DNA from: an uncultured Kangiella sp.
GTDB lineage: Bacteria > Pseudomonadota > Gammaproteobacteria > Enterobacterales > Kangiellaceae
Direction of reading: 5' to 3'
DNA length: 64,000 bases
Assembly (NCBI GenBank): GCA_947498625.1
Contig: CANMKR010000001.1
Location: forward strand, 114,090-178,089
The position numbers were made by a program, and so were the translations under genes. Positions 56,069 through 64,000 of the stretch are shown here, one piece after another. The notes under the pieces were generated by a model. That model was given only the letters and a program-made list of their open reading frames with translations. It searched no databases and was not told the DNA's origin. Within the stretch, counting starts at the first letter, position 1. Each line of letters begins with the position of its first letter.

Positions 56069-56395
56069 TCAAGAAGTTATCGACTTTCGCCAAGCTTCAA
56101 TACCACCTTTTAAACTATAAACCGAACTAAAGTCACTTTGTATTAAAAGGCTGGCTGCGTTAAAGCTTTTTTGCCCCACTTGGCAGTAAATGACAACCGC
56201 TTGATCAGGATCTAATTGGTTAATTTGACTGGCAAATTCGTAAATAGAAATATTATCACCGCCTAAATTAAACTCTTGGTGTTGCGCTGTATCGCGCACA
56301 TCGATAAGCAAAGGTTTATCACTCTGACTAAGCCACTGTTGCAACTCTAGCGGCTCTATATATTGCACTTGCTCAGATTCTTTAGGCTCAAACAT
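56069..56395 (-). CDS. Single-domain rhodanese sulfurtransferase, the last gene of the thi operon.
   Basis: The active-site loop is YCQVGQKS, with the catalytic Cys. The size is 108 aa. It is separated from thiDE by 4 nt. Confidence 0.75.
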   Translation of the reverse strand: MFEPKESEQVQYIEPLELQQWLSQSDKPLLIDVRDTAQHQEFNLGGDNISIYEFASQINQLDPDQAVVIYCQVGQKSFNAASLLIQSDFSSVYSLKGGIEAWRKSITS

Positions 56396-56399
56396 ACTG

Positions 56400-57887
56400 C
56401 TAGATTCTATCCGATAATTGTTGCATCATTTGTAAGGTGACTTGCTCTGGCTCTTCTGCTTGAGTGATCGCTGAAATCATCGCCACACCCGAAACTTTTG
56501 TCGTGATCACTTCTGTCAAACGGTCTAAATCAATACCACCAATCGCCACCCATGGATATGCATTCATGGTATCAACCCAATAAGATAAATTTTCGATGCC
56601 ATGCGGTATCCATGGCATCTGTTTAGATTCTGTATGATAGACAGGTCCGCAAGCCATATAACTTGGTTTGATTGCATGCGCCCTAGCGACTTCATAGTAA
56701 CAGTGGGTACTGATTCCTAAGCGTAAGCCTGCTTTAGAGATAGCCTCTAAGTCCGCACTGTCTAAATCTTCTTGTCCTAAATGGACACCATAAGCTTTAT
56801 GCTTAATGGCCAATTGCCAGTAATCATTTATAAACAAGCGCGCTTTATATTTTTCCGCAATTTGAATGGACCGAATAATTTCTTCTTCTACCGCACCAGC
56901 TGCTAAATCTTTAACTCGCAATTGAATCGTAGTCACGCCTAGCTTTAACAGTCGCTCAATCCACTCGGCTGAATCAACTACAGGATATAAACCTAATTTC
57001 TCAACGCCACAATCAGGAAAAGAATAATCTTTGTCTTGGTAATGATTGGAAAGCTTTGGCATATAACGCTGTTTAGACGGCCATGACAAAGGCTTAAGAG
57101 GACCTTTGCCCAACCCAACTCGATAACCATTTTCAATCGCTTGATTGATTTGCATCTTGCCAATAACGATTGCGTCAATTAACGAATGGTTTAGCGCCCA
57201 AGCAGTGGCAATGGATGCTGCTAAAACACAACCCGTTCCACGAGTGTTGTCCCGATGCTGTCTTTCGCTTCTTAACCAAAAGGAGCCATTATCATCACAA
57301 AAGTAATCTGCACAAAAGTCTTCATCCGTATGGCCGCCTTTTACTAACACTGCCTTAATGCCCGCAGATAAAATATCATCCACTGCAAATTCAATATCTT
57401 CGAGTTTCTTGACTTTGCGTCCAGTGAGTAATTCAAGCTCTGGAATGTTTGGCGTCAAAAGGTCAATTCGATCAAACAAAGTTTTAAATAAGCTCTGAGC
57501 CTCATCATCCATCAGCTGTTTTCCCGATGAGCTAACCATCACCGGATCAACAATAATCTTTCCTTCATATTCTTTTAAGAACTCTTTTAATGCTTCAATT
57601 GAATCTTTATTCGGTAATAACCCTACTTTTATCGCATCGGCGGGCAGATCATCTTTTAGCGCATTAAATTGCGCGGTAATTTGCTCTTCACTCAGCGGAT
57701 TAATTGCCACCACTTTTTTTGAATTTTGTGCTGTTACTGCGGTTGTTACCATACAAGGGTGTGCGCCCAATGCTTCAATCGCGCGAATATCCGCCACTTG
57801 TCCTGCAAGTCCTGAACAATCCGAACCAGCTATCGACCAAACAATTCTCTTTCGAGCTTCGGATTTATCTTTTTTAGAATTTATCAT
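56400..57887 (-). CDS. thiDE: Bifunctional HMP/HMP-P kinase (ThiD, N-terminal) and thiamine-phosphate synthase (ThiE, C-terminal) fusion.
   Basis: The N-terminus IAGSDCSGLAGQVADI ... GTGCVLAASIA is ThiD-like. The C-terminus LYPVVDS ... ISTHCYYEVARA ... GPVYHT is ThiE-like. Confidence 0.85.
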   Translation of the reverse strand: MINSKKDKSEARKRIVWSIAGSDCSGLAGQVADIRAIEALGAHPCMVTTAVTAQNSKKVVAINPLSEEQITAQFNALKDDLPADAIKVGLLPNKDSIEALKEFLKEYEGKIIVDPVMVSSSGKQLMDDEAQSLFKTLFDRIDLLTPNIPELELLTGRKVKKLEDIEFAVDDILSAGIKAVLVKGGHTDEDFCADYFCDDNGSFWLRSERQHRDNTRGTGCVLAASIATAWALNHSLIDAIVIGKMQINQAIENGYRVGLGKGPLKPLSWPSKQRYMPKLSNHYQDKDYSFPDCGVEKLGLYPVVDSAEWIERLLKLGVTTIQLRVKDLAAGAVEEEIIRSIQIAEKYKARLFINDYWQLAIKHKAYGVHLGQEDLDSADLEAISKAGLRLGISTHCYYEVARAHAIKPSYMACGPVYHTESKQMPWIPHGIENLSYWVDTMNAYPWVAIGGIDLDRLTEVITTKVSGVAMISAITQAEEPEQVTLQMMQQLSDRI

Positions 57888-57899
57888 TAATAGTTATTC

Positions 57900-58673
57900 T
57901 TATGAATCACTGTGCCAAAACGGCGTGCCAACTACAGGCGTACTAGGCTTTGCTAAATCTCTTTCTGGAATAGCACCAGCCTCATAAGCCTGCCTTCCTG
58001 CAACTACTGCATCTTTAAATGCGCTAGCCATTAAGACGGGATTTTGTGCTTGGGCTATCGCGGTATTTAAAAGCACCGCGTCATAACCCATTTCCATTGC
58101 TTGTGCCGCATGAGATGGCAAACCTAAACCCGCATCAATCACCATAGGAACATCGGGTAATCGCTCACGCAAAGTTTGCAGGGCATAAGGATCGGTCAAG
58201 CCTCGACCAGTTCCAATCGGCGCTCCCCACGGCATTAAAATATTACAACCTACATCCAGTAGTTTCTGACACAACACCAAATCATCAGTGCAATAAGGGA
58301 AAACCTCAAAGCCACGCTTAGTCAATTCTTTGGCGGCTTCTACCAACTGGAAAGGATCGGGTTGTAAATTATAGTCATCGCCAATGACTTCTAACTTTAT
58401 CCAATTGGTTTGAAATATTTCACGCGCCATTTCAGCAGTAGTAATCGCTTCTTTTGTGGAATGACAGCCGGCGGTATTGGGGAGCCAATGGCAATCAATT
58501 TGATTGATTTGATTCCAAAAATTTTCACCGCCTTTTCCTTGACGACGCACAGAGACGGTAATCACTTGTGATTCTGAGGCTTTTAATGAATCCAGCATAA
58601 TTTGCGGCGACGGATATAAAGCCGTACCAACAAATAGTCTGCTTGAAATTTCTTTACCACCTATTTTCAACAT
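57900..58673 (-). CDS. thiG: Thiazole synthase.
   Basis: The N-terminus is [22 protein letters not shown], with a TIM-barrel pattern. The size is 257 aa. Confidence 0.9.
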   Translation of the reverse strand: MLKIGGKEISSRLFVGTALYPSPQIMLDSLKASESQVITVSVRRQGKGGENFWNQINQIDCHWLPNTAGCHSTKEAITTAEMAREIFQTNWIKLEVIGDDYNLQPDPFQLVEAAKELTKRGFEVFPYCTDDLVLCQKLLDVGCNILMPWGAPIGTGRGLTDPYALQTLRERLPDVPMVIDAGLGLPSHAAQAMEMGYDAVLLNTAIAQAQNPVLMASAFKDAVVAGRQAYEAGAIPERDLAKPSTPVVGTPFWHSDS

Positions 58674-58732
58674 CTTAGTTTTCTCATAGCTTATTACTAA
58701 AGGTTTTGACTAGAAACTATAACGACAGAGCT

Positions 58733-58945
58733 TTAGCCGCCTTGCATTGGTAAGACGATTTCTACCTGATCATTCTCTTGCAAAACTGATTCGCTATAAA
58801 TTGATCTTGGAACAAATTCCATATTCACGGCAATCGCAAAATTAGTGTCGCTAAAACCGCTATCGACTCGTAGCCAATCTATCAATTGGCTAATGGTAAT
58901 ATTTGATTCAACTTCTATTGTTTTATCATTAAGCATTAACTGCAT
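58733..58945 (-). CDS. thiS: Sulfur-carrier protein ThiS.
   Basis: The roughly 70 aa ubiquitin-like product ends in the -GG C-terminus (VLPMQGG). It lies between thiO and thiG. Confidence 0.8.
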   Translation of the reverse strand: MQLMLNDKTIEVESNITISQLIDWLRVDSGFSDTNFAIAVNMEFVPRSIYSESVLQENDQVEIVLPMQGG

Positions 58946-59996
58946 AATTATTCTCACTTACTCGATTTGCCAGTTGATGGAGTTGCGTAATCGCTTTTTC
59001 GATGATCGCTGGTGCCAATAAAATTCCGTGTCGATACAAACCATTTATCTGGCCTAAGCCAGCTTCTATTTTTAGCATAGGCAAGTTGTCTGGCAAAGCC
59101 GGGCGACAATTTACGACCGACTTAATAATCCTCGCTTCACCAAAACCTTTGTGCAAACTATAGGCCGCAGATAATAACTCCAAACTTGAGCGAACTGACA
59201 CTGGCGAATAATCTTCTGACTCAATTTCCGTTGCGCCAATTAAGTACACATTGTCAGGTCTGGGCACTATATAAAGCTTATAACGAGGATGCATTAAACG
59301 CGTTACATGCTGAATATTGACTTCTGGCGCCTTTAGCCAAAGTAGCTCTCCGCGCACAGCTCTTAATGGTAAATCTGAATCTTTTTTAGCGCCAAGCCCG
59401 CGACAATCAAATACCCAATCAAATTCAAAAGTCTGAGTCTTGGTTTTTACTTTTCCTAAACTAATCGACTCTACTTCTGTATTGTCATACCAACTACAGC
59501 TCGATAGTGTTTGATCTAACGCATCGAGCAGCTCTATTGGATCGACTTGCCCTTCAGTAGGCAAATACAAACCTTCACCGAGTTGTTCTAAATCCGACTC
59601 TTTGATCCCTAAATCAACTTTTTGAATTAAATTTGCATCATCGTTCAGTTTACTTTTGACCAGTTTGTAAAAGCGTTCTAAATCCACTTTATCTTGACCA
59701 TGAGCGGCGACTAATGAACCTATCTGTTTGAAATAAACCTCTTGCGGTAATTCTTGTAACCAATCGGCATACAATTCTAGAGATCGTGTGCCTAATTGAT
59801 AAATATCTTTTTCCGCCATTTCAAGTTCAGCTAATGGCGATAAAATTCCAGCTGCAGCATAGGAGCAAGCGGCTTGGCTATTACGATCTTCTTTATCGAA
59901 AATAGTAATCTCTAAACCGAGTTCTGCTTTTAACTTTAATAAGCGCCAAGCTAACATTCGGCCGGCAATGCCGGCACCTACCACTGCAACCTTCAT
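58929..59996 (-). CDS. thiO: Glycine oxidase ThiO (FAD-dependent).
   Basis: The N-terminus has the FAD motif VAVVGAGIAGR. It has a DAO-family fold. Its position between thiC and thiS supports the call. Confidence 0.8.
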   Translation of the reverse strand: MKVAVVGAGIAGRMLAWRLLKLKAELGLEITIFDKEDRNSQAACSYAAAGILSPLAELEMAEKDIYQLGTRSLELYADWLQELPQEVYFKQIGSLVAAHGQDKVDLERFYKLVKSKLNDDANLIQKVDLGIKESDLEQLGEGLYLPTEGQVDPIELLDALDQTLSSCSWYDNTEVESISLGKVKTKTQTFEFDWVFDCRGLGAKKDSDLPLRAVRGELLWLKAPEVNIQHVTRLMHPRYKLYIVPRPDNVYLIGATEIESEDYSPVSVRSSLELLSAAYSLHKGFGEARIIKSVVNCRPALPDNLPMLKIEAGLGQINGLYRHGILLAPAIIEKAITQLHQLANRVSENNYAVNA

Positions 59997-59999
59997 TAA

Positions 60000-62065
<2,066 letters not shown>

Positions 62066-62089
62066 GTTTCTTTAACTCCTAACTTCCAG

Positions 62090-62692
62090 TTATCCCTCTA
62101 AGATTTCGAACTGCTCTACAAAAATTAATTCGCAAGCGCCACCACCAGTATCTTCTCTCGTTAATGAGCTTTTCCATTGAAAGCCTGTTTCCGACTCAAT
62201 GACAGACACTAATTTTCCTTTGATTTTAATGACTTGCCCTGCTTTGACTCGATCAATTTGTTTACCCACCACTTCAGTGGCAGGAATTAGATGCATATTA
62301 GCGCTATGGGATTGAATTTCTTGCTGTGGAATTGGAGGCGTTTTATAGCGGTATCGATACCAACGTCCTGATTGAGAAAACTCGATTTTTTCGAGCACTG
62401 ACTCGTCCGACATTCTGCCCCAACCTAATGCCAAATCTATCGGCGATATTTGAGCCCCTCTATCGCTAGAATAATCTTCTCTGAGTATAACTTTTGCTTT
62501 TATATCGAATTCCGCAAGCGGTGTTACTTCATAACTATCAAAAAAGAAAGGCTTGGCAGATTCTATATTAACTTGTAATGGCGCATCCGAAGCTTTCACA
62601 CCGTCACCTAAAACCACCGGTTGCTGTGATTTATAGTAGATCAGCATCAGTATGACCACTGCTGCAATAATGGATATTTTTTTTGGGCTCAA
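62090..62692 (-). CDS. Hypothetical exported/periplasmic protein with one N-terminal TM or signal anchor.
   Basis: The 200 aa product has the hydrophobic N-terminus IIAAVVILMLIYY. No motif was recognised. Confidence 0.4.
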   Translation of the reverse strand: MSPKKISIIAAVVILMLIYYKSQQPVVLGDGVKASDAPLQVNIESAKPFFFDSYEVTPLAEFDIKAKVILREDYSSDRGAQISPIDLALGWGRMSDESVLEKIEFSQSGRWYRYRYKTPPIPQQEIQSHSANMHLIPATEVVGKQIDRVKAGQVIKIKGKLVSVIESETGFQWKSSLTREDTGGGACELIFVEQFEILEG

Positions 62693-62812
62693 ATCAATCC
62701 GCGCTTTTACTTTTCTTTAGTATAAAAAAAATGGCGACAGATGTCGCCTGGGGTATGAAGAGACTAGTGCTTTTTTATTATTATAGTTATAGGTTTTATG
62801 ACTAACTAACTA

Positions 62813-63343
62813 CTATTGGATTAGTTTCAATGAAAATGGATACTTATATACACCACCTTCACTTGCCTTAATTGCGGCTATAATCGTTACAATGAAGTGG
62901 AAGATAATTAAGCCTATCAATAAAGGAATTCCGATTAGGATAATGCTTAAAATCAAAGCCACACAGTAAGCAATAAACATGCTAATGTTGAAGTTCAATG
63001 CTTCTTTACCGTTTTCAGCCACCAAAGGCATTGACTCTTTCTTCAGCAACCAAACCACTAAAGGTCCAAGTACCATTCCGATTACTGGAATTAAGGGCAC
63101 CATTGCTACAAAGGCTGCTAGGTGAGTAAACATCGACCAACTTTTTTCATCGCTAGTAGCTGATTCAGTTCCTAGCACTTCTGCTTCACCCTCAATTACT
63201 CTTTCATAAGGGGCTTCTGTTCTTGCTTGGCTATTTTCAGTCTTAGTGCTTTCTGACCTAGCTTCTTCTACCACTTCTTCAACTTTCTCTACTTTTTCAG
63301 TAGTTTCTTCAGCTGAAGTTTCTTTTTTATCTTTCTCTGACAT
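62813..63343 (-). CDS. DUF4870-like membrane protein with an acidic N-terminal tail.
   Basis: A Glu/Lys-rich N-terminus is followed by WSMFTHLAAF and two TM helices, a pattern like DUF4870. The assignment is from memory. Confidence 0.4.
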   Translation of the reverse strand: MSEKDKKETSAEETTEKVEKVEEVVEEARSESTKTENSQARTEAPYERVIEGEAEVLGTESATSDEKSWSMFTHLAAFVAMVPLIPVIGMVLGPLVVWLLKKESMPLVAENGKEALNFNISMFIAYCVALILSIILIGIPLLIGLIIFHFIVTIIAAIKASEGGVYKYPFSLKLIQ

Positions 63344-63727
63344 GCGCTTTTATCTCCGCTTTCGTAAATCACAAATTCAGATTAGCAAGAAAAAATATTT
63401 CAGAGTGTAACCAAGCGTGCTTAAAAATGACGATAAAATCCTGCTGCCATTTTTAGGATGGCAGAAATGTTAAACCATTGATTTTATTGATATAAAATCG
63501 AGAAAACGATTTTGTGCAAAATTTAAACAATCAAGCCAAGCCAGCAAATGATAGCTTAACTCATTGTTTTTGTTGACTATTTTAATTTTAAAATTTTTTT
63601 TGATGATATGAATAAGGACTTATCAAGATAAGCCATTGTTTTTATTTATTATTTTTGTTAGAGCTTTAATTTTCTAACTGATCGGGGAGCTTCCACTAAG
63701 AATAATAAGAGGAGTTCCTTCCTTGCT

Positions 63728-63988
63728 TTACCATAAAAGGCTAGTACCTGCAGTAAAGGCTAAAAAGCAAATAACCCATAAAATTACAGGACCTGAAGCC
63801 CCTTTAAACTCAAAATTAAAAAACTTAAAGGAGATTGAATCTCTCGAGAAAATATCTAGAACCACCACTATAGAGAATGCAGAAATCGCACAAATTGCAA
63901 CTCCGATAGTTCCAGCAGGGTGTTCTTTAATGATATCTAAAAACCAACTATCGGGTATCGAGTTAGGAACCAACGCACTGGCTGCCAA
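63728..63988 (-). CDS. Hypothetical small membrane protein (2 TM).
   Basis: The 86 aa ORF is hydrophobic. It is near the window edge and has no recognisable homology. Confidence 0.25.
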   Translation of the reverse strand: MAASALVPNSIPDSWFLDIIKEHPAGTIGVAICAISAFSIVVVLDIFSRDSISFKFFNFEFKGASGPVILWVICFLAFTAGTSLLW

Positions 63989-64000
63989 AAATACAAAGAA

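Overview
This 64 kb window is a chromosomal segment from a low-GC (roughly 38-40% by eye) gammaproteobacterium. The mix of E. coli-like synteny blocks and Pseudomonas-like blocks, plus many secreted subtilases and TRAP transporters, suggests a marine Alteromonadales-like organism; that placement is inference only.

The window is almost entirely housekeeping genes on both strands:
- a uvrD / yigB / xerC / yigA / dapF / lptM / cyaY block;
- algZ-algR-like, hemC, hemD-hemX, hemY;
- yhfA-crp;
- rpe;
- plsB, ubiA, ubiC;
- glpE-glpG, tdh-kbl;
- a TPP-riboswitch-controlled thiC-thiO-thiS-thiG-thiDE operon.

I found one tRNA cluster (tRNA-Asn and tRNA-Lys plus a degenerate tRNA-like tandem). I saw no CRISPR array, transposase, phage integrase or rRNA.

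The accessory-looking content is:
- an operon coupling an AMP-dependent ligase and a fold-III PLP decarboxylase to plsB, with a divergent VanZ-like membrane protein;
- a TRAP dctQM operon translationally coupled to murI;
- two tandem secreted S8 subtilases next to a P4H-like 2OG oxygenase;
- a four-gene insertion between uvrD and yigB (a lipoprotein MhpD-like hydratase, a 2-hydroxyacid dehydrogenase, and two secreted YHS-domain paralogs);
- an orphan soluble SPFH protein beside the pseudo-tRNA region;
- a frameshifted SEC-C mini-protein;
- a fused hemD-hemX ORF;
- a membrane-anchored glutamine amidotransferase.

All calls come from motif and architecture recognition in the supplied translations and from reading the DNA. 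No database search was run.
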